From Macrostomum lignano (Eukaryota): a stretch of 64,000 nt of DNA. The translations under genes were made by a program, and so were the position numbers. Below, piece after piece: positions 1 to 12,448 of the stretch (its first letter is position 1; each line of letters opens with the position of its first letter). The notes under the pieces were generated by a model, which worked only from the letters and a program-made list of their open reading frames with translations, searched no databases and was not told where the DNA came from. The stretch is from positions 70,874 through 134,873 of the forward strand of contig NIVC01002857.1 in NCBI GenBank assembly GCA_002269645.1, in the 5' to 3' direction.

Positions 1-968
1 GGGAGTAATGCCAGGATTGCAGTGAATTGATGGCTAGCATAAAAAACCAACGTCAAGCTTATATTAGGAAGATGCTGAGCGATTACGTAATCTCTCTTGC
101 TCTTTCTCGCTCTCTCGGCCGTCTCGGCGAGGACATTGATGCATTGCCGAATAGTGATGGCATCCACCATCCACCGCGCTGACTCCGCTAAATTAAATAT
201 TGACTTTACCGTTCGATTCCTCTCTGCTAAACCTTTGCGAGATTGACTTCCCACCGTCCGCAGGAGGACTGTTTGACTAAGGACTTGCCTATCAAGTTAT
301 TTGTTCTGTTGTTTTCGGGATTCTGGGCACAGCTAGGAAATTCTAGATGGAGATGGCAACCATCTACTTTCGACCTCTCTCATTTTTTTCGACTTTTGGA
401 CATAAAAAAACGACAACAACTCCATTTCTCTACTCTTATTCTTCAACTGCTCCAAGTCCTTCATTTCCTCACTGACCCGAGATGACCCCACAGGCGGGAG
501 AGAGAGAGCGAGAGAAGGTGGGTTGAAGGCTCAAAGTGAATAGCAATTCTCGCCCACAGTCCTCCCCCCTCTTCTCATTTTTACTGCAGCACCTCTTCTT
601 CTCTCTGTGTATCTTCTTCTTTTAGTTGTCACGCCCCTCCAGCCGCCCAGTCTGCTGTCACACGCACGCGCGCCTGTCGGCCTCTCTGCTTCCTAGAAGG
701 GAAAAGATCCCTATCCAAGCATTCTCGTTTCTCTGTAGCTATATTGAAGCACGCAGGCACCCCAGCCCAGCTGCCACAGAAACCCCCTGACCAGATGCTT
801 TATCGCCTAAGAGGGTTTCTGCTGCTTGGGTGCAAAGTGAGCAGCCTGTGATGGAGTACAGTACAGCCTCCAGCCATTACATAAATTATGGATATCTAGA
901 GCTTTCCTTCTAGTTGCATGTGGAATATCTACTCATCAGAGCTTTACTCTAGGGCTATCTCTACAGTC

Positions 969-1000
969 AGTTAGTTAGTTATTTAGTTAATTAATTAGTA

Positions 1001-1050
<50 letters not shown>
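969..1050. repeat. (AGTT)n microsatellite
   Basis: About 20 near-perfect AGTT units. Confidence 0.95.
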
Positions 1051-1436
1051 CTAGTTTGTGTGCTGCTCAGAAAAGCTGGAAAGTACGCGTTACAAAACGA
1101 CTCCCTGAAATACCCTGGATGAACACTTATTTTGCTTTTAGCTCGTAAAGAACATTCGGGTTCTTTCGTTAAAGCACAACAACAAGTAAACGGAGTTGAA
1201 AGGGCAGACTGTCTTTTGAAAACGCCATTTTCCTTCTTCTGCTTCTAAAAGAGCTTTTAGACTGATTAGCTTTCAGAAAAAGCTTCTGCAATGGGCAGTC
1301 AAGAAGGGACGCATTCGAGCTGTCTTAAACAGACCTTTTTGTACCCAACGCCTGCTCTAATCTAATAGCTTGGCATCTATTGCAGTCACAGTTGTGGACA
1401 GGAAGTATAGTAGGAGACGGAAACAGGGCCGGGCAG

Positions 1437-2009
<573 letters not shown>

Positions 2010-2767
2010 AACACACTGCCATTGCCTACCATAATTTTCCCATCCCCTACCGATATGTAATGCGAATGGCTTTAACAATCTAGAAGAGAGTGGGGATTCG
2101 TGTGGCAGGGCCCAGTCTCCACAAGGCAGTCAGCCAGTCTGCAGCAGGGCTTCTTTTTCATTTATTCGGGCTTCATCAAGATTTTTATTACTGCGCACAA
2201 CTCCTCATGACTAGCTGCAGCGCAATTTCGCACCTGGGATTTCTGCAGAAGGAAAGGTGGGTTCCCATCCCATTAGCCTAGCAACTCCCGGCATGGCAGC
2301 AGCTGGTCGAGTGTGACAGGAATTAGGGGGGGGGCTGTTATTATCTGACTGAACGTGCAGCAGCGCCCCAAGAAACAAGCGGCCGGGGGGAGGGGAGTAC
2401 ACAGAATATGCATTGCGGCATTCGCCCTGTCCGAGGCCACTAACCCTTCTCTATTCTATTCTACTGTTTTCTGGTCGAAAGAAACTTTTTTATATGAACT
2501 TGGGCTATCGCTGCGAGGCTGGACAAGACGAGAGGTTTGAGTGGGAGGCGCGGGGGTAAGAGAAAAGGGAAAAGAGCTGGGAGGATTACCATAAGCTTTC
2601 AAAGATATCCCCTATAATCATCTCTTAATACTATATGCACATACACAATACGGCTTTCTAACACCGCAGATGAGGATTATTAGTAATGCTGCATCCGCTT
2701 GGTTGTACTTTTATACCAAATAATAATAGATTTTTGCATTCAGCATGCACTCAAGACAACTGCTGCC

Positions 2768-3222
2768 CCGAGTCTATGGCCAAAATGATGGCCGATTTCA
2801 GAAAACAAAAAGAAGCTCAATTTTAACCCAATTCATGTCTATGGTTGAAACGCCTTTAGACCACAGACCACAATTTTAGGATCTGTGTTTTAAGACAGAC
2901 TTGCTTTAAAGACGGCCCCTGCGTTCTTCCTGGACTTTAATTCACAGCTTTAATGAAGCTACAAGTGTCACAGCGACTTGTCAAAACACTGCACAAGACA
3001 GTAGGAAATATTTTCACAAATAAGCATCCATCTAAGTGCATGTCTATGGACGAAACCTCTGAAGAAGCGCTTATGATTTGTCTAATTCCGTTTGTCCCTT
3101 GTCATTTGTAACTTGTCCGACTAGTGCTTTACGAAATGGGCCCTAGACACAAGAGGACTAAGCTAATGCTCCAAAGATGAAGTCTTTGCTCACCAAGTGA
3201 AACTTTTGGGTCATAGACTCGG
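2768..3222. mobile_element. Candidate MITE with about 18-bp imperfect TIRs
   Basis: Left end CCGAGTCTATGGCCAAAA (2768). Reverse complement of the right end is CCGAGTCTATGACCCAAAA (ends 3222). Internal GTCTATGG copies. No clean TSD seen. Confidence 0.5.
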
Positions 3223-3739
3223 TGTAGCGTTCTGACACTCTGGATTAAGTCAACTGCTCTAAAGCTCAAAGTGACTTCAATTGCGCGCTTTAGCAGAGGC
3301 GAGCGCGCACCACAGTCACTGTAGAAGTCTGCGCAGTTTTAGAAGCATGACAGTAGCTCGATCGAATCCCAAAAATAACGATCGGAAAAGTTTTATAATA
3401 TGACACAGCATAGCTACTGGTATAAATGCCTGCATATATACACTAGATATTATGTCAATTGTACTTTTAGCTCGAGAACGAGATAAGAGTCACTCTGCCT
3501 CGCGAGTTGTGCGCTCATCAAATTGTGGCATCTCTTGCTCTCGCCTCTACTATTCTTACTCCGTTGTACAGTCGGCTTCATGCGTATCGATGTAGCATCA
3601 TTTTATCTTTTTTCTGACTCTCGTTTTGCCTCGCTCTGTTTCTATCTGGGCTGACTCACTCTGACCTTTTAGTATAGCGTGACTCCAGCTTAACCTCTCC
3701 TATATCCTCTCAACTGGCTTAATTCTTCTCTGACCTTCT

Positions 3740-3975
3740 CAGCACCTTATTCATTCACGACCCCTTTTCTCTCTCTCTAACCCTCTACACACTCTCAATC
3801 TCTCCCTTGTCACCTAAAGTCTCCCATCTCATTCTCTCGCTACTTCTCTCTCCTCCCATTCTCTCTCCCCCACCCTCTCGCGCCTCGCCTTCTCTCCCCT
3901 CACTCTCTCCCCTCGACCTCTCTCCCTTCACCCTCTCTCTCCTCATCCTCTCTCTTCTTCCTATTAGCCTCCATT
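3740..3975. repeat. CT-rich polypyrimidine low-complexity tract
   Basis: About 230 bp dominated by C/T on the + strand. Confidence 0.8.
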
Positions 3976-5349
3976 TCCACACACCAACTTGAATTTCGAG
4001 GCTCAGCCTCTTCCCTTAACGTATTGTCTCCTAAATTCGACAGCGAACAGTCAGACAGACAGACCAATCGGTGTCGGATTGCACATGAGATCAATATAGA
4101 TAAAAGCCCGGGCCAGATCCCGTCCTTCTTGCAGAGCAAGTCACGCTGTCGGAGCTATGAAAAGTGCACGCTGAATCTAACGATTGATCTTTTTCCTAGC
4201 TCGTGTTGGGAAAGCTCCAGAGATCTGAGCTCTTCTCCATCTCTCTCTTCCCGGTCTCTCCCAGTCTCTCGCCGTCACAGCTTGCATTGGGTTGGTTTTT
4301 AAACAGATAAGTTGCACCAATCCCGAGGCTCGAATGCTTGCTTGGGCCGGATCCTTCTCTCTGATGCAGCACGTATTTAATTTATTCATCCCTCAGCTGA
4401 GAGGATATCGCTTGATGGATGTGCAGAGACCTAGCCAAAAGGCGTGAATATATATCGCATTTTGCTCGTCTACCCAATCCACCAATTTCAGTGAAAAGCG
4501 GAGATAACAACAGTAAAATTTCAATTGGCAGCATAGCAACAAGAAATCTTCTGCTTCTGTTCTGCATAGCCTCGGCGTACGGCGCTTGTTTTTTCGTTCA
4601 AGTTTAACTTTATTGAATAAATTTGCAGTGCGCTACTTTTGGTAGTAGTGTAGTTTGCTATTTACTATGAATTAAAAAAACTTTAATTCATTTAATTTTT
4701 GAATGGTCGCGGCTTGTTTTCCGTCTAACGTAATTTTTCCCAAGGTTTTTATTTTGCTTATTATCTGTACCCCAAAAAACAAAATATATGTACAATCCGA
4801 TCTATACGTGTACATTGATCGTTCTCCGTACATGTACGTTGCCCAGTCTGGGGTGCAATTTAATTCTACCCCTATTCCTGAGAAAATGTACACGCGATTG
4901 GTTTAATCGATTTTTAGCTCGCCAACCCCGTTTTAAAACTCATTCTGTAATTGGCTGGGCGCCCCACCCCTCCTCCAAGATTTCACAACCTTCTTATCGT
5001 GTCAGTGTCTGCGTTCGTACACACAAGCATATTCTACGCGGAAAAAATGTTTTAGTTTTTAACTTTAATTAATGCTTTCTCAAAGCTGCTTTTAGTTCAT
5101 CTTCGCGCTTGATTCCGTTTAGCAAAATTATATTTAATTTTAGTAACATTAAAATAAAATCAATTTAAATATAAGGCCAGATTTATGTGTTGTTGCAATG
5201 TTTAAAATACATCATCAACGTACTCAGCTGTGCGCAATCGATTAATGTCAATCCTATACGGTTTATGCAATGAGCTGTTCACAAATATCAAGTTTATTTA
5301 AACGCCTGAAGGACTTTAACAGTTCTACACGGCGCACGCTTCTTCACAT

Positions 5350-5690
5350 ATCCACCCCAGAGACACATATATCTCCATCCCAGAGACACATCTCCACCCG
5401 AGAGACACATATATCTCCATCCCAGAGACACTTCTCCACCCCAGAGACTCATCTCCACCCAGAGACTCATCCACCCCAGAGACTCATCTCCACCCCAGAC
5501 ACATATCTCAACCCCAGACACATATCTCAACCCCAGAGGCACATATCTGCACCCAGACACAATCTCCACCCCAGAGACACATCTCCACCCCAGAGACACA
5601 TCTCCACCCCAGAGACGCATCTCCACCCCAGAGACACATCTCCACCGCAGAGGCACATCTCCACCCCAGAGACACATCTCCACCCCAGAC
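5350..5690. repeat. 19-21-bp minisatellite (CCCCAGAGACACATCTCCA)
   Basis: Period 19 with 21-bp variants. Lies downstream of the stomatin stop codon. Confidence 0.9.
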
Positions 5691-5849
5691 ACATTAAATA
5701 TCATAACAGAGGTTAAATATCATACGAGCTTACACTACTCACGTGAGTAGAATGGAAATTTGTATTTGTATTTTACGTTTCAAAAATACGTGCCATATGA
5801 GCCCTAGAGACTGATTAATTACAAAGTTGATTCAGAACATAAAATTTTG

Positions 5850-5855
5850 TTTATT
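5850..5855 (-). promoter_or_regulatory. Candidate polyadenylation signal of the stomatin gene
   Basis: AATAAA on the - strand, about 170 nt after the stop at 6028. Confidence 0.45.
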
Positions 5856-6027
5856 TGCAAGCAAGGAATCATGAATTACATGTGATTTTTGCACAGATTC
5901 TATTCAAAATAGAAGTAGTAAAAATCGATCGCGAAATATTGAATCACAGAAAGGTTTTTAAGCATAACTTCAAGTTGAAGAAGTTTCAGCGCTTTTCGAG
6001 TTACGAGCTTGAACTCCGGGTGCTTAC

Positions 6028-9000
6028 TTAGCTAACCTTGGTTCTTCCAGCATTAAAGTGAGACAGAATTTCGATTGGTAGAGGAAAAATAACAGTAGAA
6101 TTTTTCTCAGCAGAAATTGTTGTCAGAGTTTGAAGATAGCGCAGCTGCAGCGCGGCCGGAGATTCGCTCATGATGTCGGCGGCTTCTTTCAGCGATCTGG
6201 AGGCCTTCATCTCACCGTCGGCTGCGATCACCTGGTGGGATAGAGGTCAGTGAGGCTGACTTGGTTTGAACACACTTTGGGATAGTATAAATTATTCATA
6301 CTAAATATGATCATCTGTCTCTCTTCTAGTGACGAAGAATGGGCCATCTGTCTGTCTGTTAGTGATGAAAAATGGCCACCGGTCAGTCTGGTAGTGATGA
6401 ATAATGACCACTTGTCTGTCTGTTAGTGATAAAGAATGACCACTTGTCTGTCTGTTAGTGATGAAGAATGACCACTTGTCTGTCTGTTAGTGATGAAGAA
6501 TGACCACTTGTCTGTCTGTTAGTGATGAAGAATGACCACTTGTCTGTCTGTTAGTGATGAAGAATGACCACTTGTCTGTCTGTTAGTGATGAAGAATGAC
6601 CACTTGTCTGTCTGTTAGTGATGAAGAATGACCACTTGTCTGTCTGTTAGTGATGAAGAATGACCACTTGTCTGTCTGTTAGTGATTAGGAATGACCATG
6701 AATCTTGCCTTATATTCGTGAATTAACCTATGACGTAGTATGACGAAGGATGTACCCAATTCCTTTCGTGTACCACTTGACGTCGCACACTACTTACTTT
6801 AGCTTTAGCATCCCTGTTGGCTTCCGCCTCGGCAGCCATGGAACGCTGCAACTGTTGCGGTAGACGCACGTCTTTTCTGTAAATTTGCCAAAAACGTTAT
6901 TTTTTAGGATGTGTTCAGGGTGGAACGGAATATTTAGAATATTGAGCATGCTCTGCACAAGCGATCCTTACACTTCCACGCGTTCGACTTTTACGCCCCA
7001 TGGATCAGTTGCTTCATCTAGGATGCTCTGTAAGACGTTGATAATTTTCCGTCTATGGTTTCATGATCACGTGATAAAATCGACTTATCCACAGCCCAAC
7101 GCCCGACAAAAGTGAAGTGTACGCAAGTGACACCAGCACTCATTTGCAGTCCAACAACACCCCACAAAAGTGAAGTGTACGCAAGTGACACTAACATTCA
7201 TCTGCAGTCCAACAACACCCCACAAAAGTGAAGTGTACGCAAGTGACACCAGCACTCATCCGCGCAGTCCAACAACACCCCACAAAAGTCAAGTGTACGC
7301 AATGTGACACTAGCACTCATCTGCAGTTCAGCAACACCCCACAAAAGTCAAGTGTATACGCAAGTGACACTAGCACTCATCCGCAGTCCAACAACACCCC
7401 ACAAAAGTCAAGTGTACGCAAGTGACACCAGCACTCATCCGCGCAGCCCAACAACACCCCACAAAAGTCAAGTAGAGCCCATATAATTGCATGACAAAGT
7501 TAAAAGACCTCACCGAAATGCTCTGACTCATGGCGTCCCTCTCGCTTAATATCTCACTAAGAGTTCTGGACCCCAGAACATTTCTTAACGTAGTCTGAGC
7601 CAGATATTTTGTCGACGAGTCAACATCTGACACGGCTGTCACTGATAAGATCGGATTAACAACTTTGTAGTAAACTACCGCGTCAACGGATACTGTCACT
7701 GAGTCTCTTGTTAGAATCTGGAATGCAATAAGTTTTTTCTTGTAATGAATTATTCTTAACTTTCTCCATATACATGTAAATAGTCTGCGCCGCTATATTA
7801 CGGCGAATCCGTGATGCATCTAACTTTAAAAGTACATTTGGAACGATCAATATGCTTACCAGTGTGTTGTTCCAGATATAATAAGTTAATACAGCTGTTT
7901 TTGCTACCTCCAAAGGGAAGGGTAGCTTAGTAGTATCTAACTGCACATAACTTACATCTAAAACTAATTACAGATGCTGTAGCAAAAGATAACAGACAAA
8001 TCGTGGAAACTTACCGCCTGAGGCGGCACATCAAACATCAAAGTCCTCAGGTCCACAATTCGTATTTGATCAACGCAGGGCACAATCAGAAACAGGCCGG
8101 GACCCTTGGCCCTGCCGGACACAATTCGGCCAAGACGGAAGATCACCGCCCTCTCGTACTCCTTGATGATCTGGAAGGTAATCATTCATATCCAGGTCAA
8201 AGGCCTAATTTGTTCAAAAATCTCCTCACGACTGTCCATGATTAAATCGGTGCTTGACTAATACTGTCAACGAACGGACAAGTGCAGGACCAATAAGGTC
8301 TTGATCTAATGACCTAAACAGACCATGACTCAACCAGTTCATGCATCAACCATGTATTCCATGACTCAGCCAGTCCATCCATGACTCAGCCAGTCCATCC
8401 ATGACTCAACCAGTCCATCCATGATTCAACCAGTCTATGACTCAACCAGTCCATGACTCAACCAGTACATCACTCAATCAGTCCATGACTCAACCAGTCC
8501 ATGACTCAACCAGTCCATTATCTCGTACTCAACCAGTCTATTATCTCGAACTCAACCAGTCTATTATCTCGTACTCAACCAGTCCATTATCTCGTACTCA
8601 ACCAGTCCATTATCTCGTACTCAACCAGTCCATTATCTCGTACTCAGCCAGTCCATTATTAAACCATGCAGTCCATGACTCAACCAGTTAATGGCTCAAC
8701 CAGTCCATGACTCAGCCAGTCCATGACTCAGCCAGTCCATGACTCAGCCAGTCCATGACTCAGCCAGTCCATGACTCAACCAGTTAATGGCTCAACTAGT
8801 CCATGACTCAGCCAGTCCATGACTCAGCCAGTCCATGACTCAGCCCAGTCCATGACTCAGCCAGTCCATGACTCAGCCAGTCCATGACTCAGCCCAGTCC
8901 ATGACTCAGCCAGTCCATGACTCAACCAGTCCATAACTCAACCAGTCCATGACTCAACCCAGTCCATGACTTAACCAGTCCATGACTCAGCCCAGTCCAT

Positions 9001-9381
9001 GACTCAACCAGTCCATGACTCCACCAGTCCATGACTCAACCAGTCCATGACTGCAGTTACGATCACGTGACCAAAACTGTCGATAACGGAAAATTCTCAC
9101 AAGTCGCCGATTTAGCAAAGTCTGTAAAACAATACTACAATGCATGTTTTCCTTACTTTAATGAACACAAGCATAGACAGCGGCAGGGTTAGCAGTGTCA
9201 GAAGTACAGCCAGCGCTACTAGCAGGTAGCCGCAACATCCCAAGCTTGAACTGGTTGGCCTGAGCTCTGAACCCTTCGAATACTGCTGCCCCTGGTTGCT
9301 GGCCTCCGGCTCCGGGCTGACTCGATTTGGTTCAATAAGATTGCTGCGCATTTCTACAGTAACGCCGCTGGCACTGCTCAT
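6028..9381 (-). CDS. STOM: Stomatin / band-7 (MEC-2-like) membrane protein, 307 aa, 6 exons
   Basis: Exons 9381-9157, 8170-8015, 7717-7514, 7027-6972, 6876-6798, 6231-6028. All GT-AG, phases consistent (924 nt). Motifs: CC plus hydrophobic hairpin, [85 protein letters not shown]. Confidence 0.95.
6335..6700. repeat. 32-bp minisatellite, stomatin intron 5
   Basis: Unit TTAGTGATGAAGAATGACCACTTGTCTGTCTG, about 11 copies. Confidence 0.95.
7108..7475. repeat. About 58-bp minisatellite, stomatin intron 3
   Basis: Unit beginning AAGTGAAGTGTACGCAAGTGACAC, about 6 copies. Confidence 0.95.
8322..9052. repeat. 16-bp minisatellite with a 23-bp variant block, stomatin intron 1
   Basis: Unit CCATGACTCA(A/G)CCAGT. 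The variant CCATTATCTCGTACTCAACCAGT occurs at about 8515-8660. Confidence 0.95.
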
Positions 9382-10103
9382 TACAGTTTTTACCTGTCGA
9401 ATCTTGTAATATTATTTGGTCGCATAGAAATCTCTTATATACCCAAATAATCTGTAGCTCTATAGCTTTAGCCAATGGCCAACTTTATATTAATTTAATT
9501 TAGCACCGAGACTGATTAGATAAGAGGAGAGAGAAAATAAAAAATACAGTACAGAACGCATAGGCTACACTCAGTGTCTACTTTTACGTACACAGCTCTT
9601 TATTTGTCATGGCGATAGCAGTCAAAGACCACTTATCGACTGATATTAATATTAGCTCAGCTTGATTGATTAAATTACAGTAACCTGTCGTCACTGGTTG
9701 TTAGACATTAATTCACTAATTAGGATCGCCTCAGTTTATGAGCAAGGAATGCATTTAGTTAATTTTATCGACTCGTATTAGTCATTGCATACATAAAAGT
9801 GTAAGGATTATATATTGTAAATGTACAAGTACAGTTGCAGCCAAGTGGTTTATGTACATGCGCATTAATATCAATCCACAAGTACATTGCACTATAGTTA
9901 CTGTACTTATATTATTATCAGCTCTAGAGTATAAGTGTACACTAATATTAAAAAAAACACAGAAAATATAGAATAGTGTCTAAATCTACAATGGAAAACA
10001 AATATCAGGAGTTCTATATTAGTATTTGATATCGCACTCAATTATAACTATAATATCATTGCGCTGATTTAATACATGTACTACGGTATTTAGTAAATTG
10101 GAA

Positions 10104-10328
10104 TCAGTAGCAGCCTCTGCAATTGCCTGTGCAATAGTCTCTGCAAGCGCACGAACAATTGTTGTTGCAGCAATCGCTATGGAACACGCAGAATCCTCCA
10201 GTTAGCTGGCAATCGTCAGTAGAAATTGGCAGGTGCGAACAGGCGGACACGGAATGGTAGTAGTATGTGGCGCACATTGCCAGTGCGATGACTGTGCTAT
10301 AGAACTGCACCAGGCGCTGTGAATTCAT
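10104..10328 (-). CDS. Candidate secreted cysteine-rich (knottin/conotoxin-framework-like) peptide, 74 aa
   Basis: MNSQRLVQFYSTVIALAMCATYYYHSVSA-CSHLPISTDDCQLTGGFCVFHSDCCNNNCSCACRDYCTGNCRGCY*. Hydrophobic N-terminus, 10 Cys in the last 35 aa with a C-x6-C-x5-CC-x3-C core. A 3' splice-acceptor-like CTCTACAG lies 44 nt upstream of the ATG, and ATTAAA lies about 30 nt after the stop (10068-10073). Confidence 0.65.
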   Translation of the reverse strand: MNSQRLVQFYSTVIALAMCATYYYHSVSACSHLPISTDDCQLTGGFCVFHSDCCNNNCSCACRDYCTGNCRGCY

Positions 10329-11085
10329 AACTTTGCGAAATCCGAACTTGCCAAGCAGCCGCACATTGGGATCTGTAGAGTAACGATTTCACGAAAGCAA
10401 TATAACGTAACGCGTGTGTTTTCCCACGATTTTGCGGACCGCACGACCCACGGAATCGTCGATATGTGATCGCGGTATAGTCTATGGCATTATTGGCGTA
10501 GAAAAATATAAATTTAACAAACAGTATGATGCTGTCAACATAACAGAAGTACATTTTTAAACAATACGTCGTTAGAAGAATATTTCATTAAATGTAGAAG
10601 CTGTGCCGACAAGTAAACTGTATTTCTCACACGGCTTCGATCCGTGTTAGTTGATGTGCAGCCACAGCCGACTAAAGGTGGTAAGGTGGCCGGTTGCTAA
10701 GGTAAATGTCGACTTTGACGACTGTTCAACCTGTTTGATGTTGTCTCATTCTTGTAAATCTTGTTTCGGATTCCGAAAAAGTTTCCACGTCATTGAGGTC
10801 CAGGATATATATTGGCAATCACAACCACTGATCATCGACGACAGACGTATTCGCGCTCAGTTTGGATTATTAATTCCAATTCCGCTAGTTTCATTTATGG
10901 TCAATCCTTACATAGCGGCGCCCTCGGATCGAAATAATGAGACATGACAGATTTTGCAGACCTCGGATTTCACTTATTCCAGCCCTCAAATCCATAGTCA
11001 TAAACAGTTATGGTCAATTTTAGCGGATTGCCATGATACAAGACAATACAAGATATATATAGATAGATAGATGAAAATATGTAAA

Positions 11086-11500
11086 GGAGGCCGTAGCCTA
11101 GTGGTCTAGCGCTGCGCTCTGATGTGCCAGCGGCCCAGGCTCGATTCCAAGTGCAGTCACATTAATTTGGGGCTACATTGGAATCTCGGCTTGGCTCTGC
11201 TCGTGCAATTAATGCCCTTAAGGGCCAACCCCCACGGCACAGTGAAGTGTACATGCCTAACGATAAATAAAGTTAGGGCTGCTGTACACTACGGTGAGTG
11301 TGTGCCTGCGCGTATGACTGCGTACGTATCCGCGCGCTTGTGTGCCTGCTCTGGGGAGTCGGCGGAATGGGCAGTGATGCCTCTCGCCGTTTGTGTGACA
11401 ATGTCGCTTAAAGTGCACCAGGGTACACAGCCCCTGCCCCTAGCTAAACAGATGGATTGACAGATTAGAGACAAAAAGTACTAAACAAACGCTTGAAATT
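11086..11500 (+). mobile_element. tRNA-derived SINE, family A, long copy
   Basis: A-box-like GTAGCCTAGTGGTC and B-box-like GGCTCGATTCCA. The first about 195 bp are shared with the copy at 14621. 3' boundary approximate. Confidence 0.75.
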
Positions 11501-11869
11501 TGCTCATATTTTGCTTAAACAAATCAAAATGATCAACCTAACGATATCATCTCACAATGTATTACATAGTGATAGTGGCACAAACAAATTAACGGCAGAT
11601 ATAATGGCTAATGATTAAATATTTTGTGTTTCATTTAAATATTGAATGAATTCTCCAACTTCAAAGCAAGTAAAACTTTTGCTATAAAAGAAACCAAAAA
11701 TTGATTAAAAATCGGTATCAACACACAGTTATAAACAAAAATTATTTTATAAATAAATTATTGTAGTTAACACGTTGACGAATAGCATAGGCAATACAGA
11801 CTAGTGTAATAAATCTGGATTTCTGAAGAGCACCTAGAGTATGTAAGCACAGTTGCGTGTGTATTCATG

Positions 11870-12420
11870 CCACTCACTGTGGCGTCCGTCTAACATCCAC
11901 TATGGCGCCAGCTCTCTATATTATAGAGGCGTCTCTCTATAACACTAACTATGGAGCCTCTCTAACACCCACTGTGGCGCCTCTCTATAACACTAACTGT
12001 GGCGCCTCTCTAACACCCACTGTGGCGCCTCTCTAACACCCACTGTGGCACCTCTCTAACACCCACTGTGGCGCCTCTCTATAACACTAACTGTGGAGCC
12101 TCTCTAACACCCACTGTGGCGCCTCTCTAACACCACTGTGGCACCTCTCTAACACCCACTGTGGCGCCTCTCTAACACTCAATGTGGCGTTTCTCTAACA
12201 CCCACTGTGGCGTCTCTCTATAACACTAACTATGGAGCCTCTCTAACACCCACTGTGGCGCCTCTCTATAACACTAACTGTGGAGCCTCTCTAACACCCA
12301 CTGTGGCGCCTCTCTAACACCACTGTGGCACCTCTCTAACACCCACTGTGGCGCCTCTCTAACACTCAATGTGGCGTTTCTCTAACACCCACTGTGGCGT
12401 CTCTCTAACATCCACTATTC
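11870..12420. repeat. 23/25-bp minisatellite just 3' of the FPGT stop, with a 188-bp higher-order duplication
   Basis: Unit CTCTCTAACACCCACTGTGGCGC. The variant order starting at 12071 recurs at 12259. Confidence 0.95.
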
Positions 12421-12448
12421 AATGGTTAGTAAAAGGCACATCTGGTAT

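Noticed and set aside
10760-10990. Short - strand peptides resembling an LRR (ISEIRGLQNLSCL) and a RhoGEF DH start (ELIIQTEREYV)
   Set aside because: Each is under 30 aa, followed by stops, with no supporting neighbouring exons; consistent with chance.
11086-11160. tRNA gene calls at 11086, 14621 and 41442
   Set aside because: A and B boxes are present but no complete cloverleaf or acceptor stem is evident, and each continues into a SINE body.
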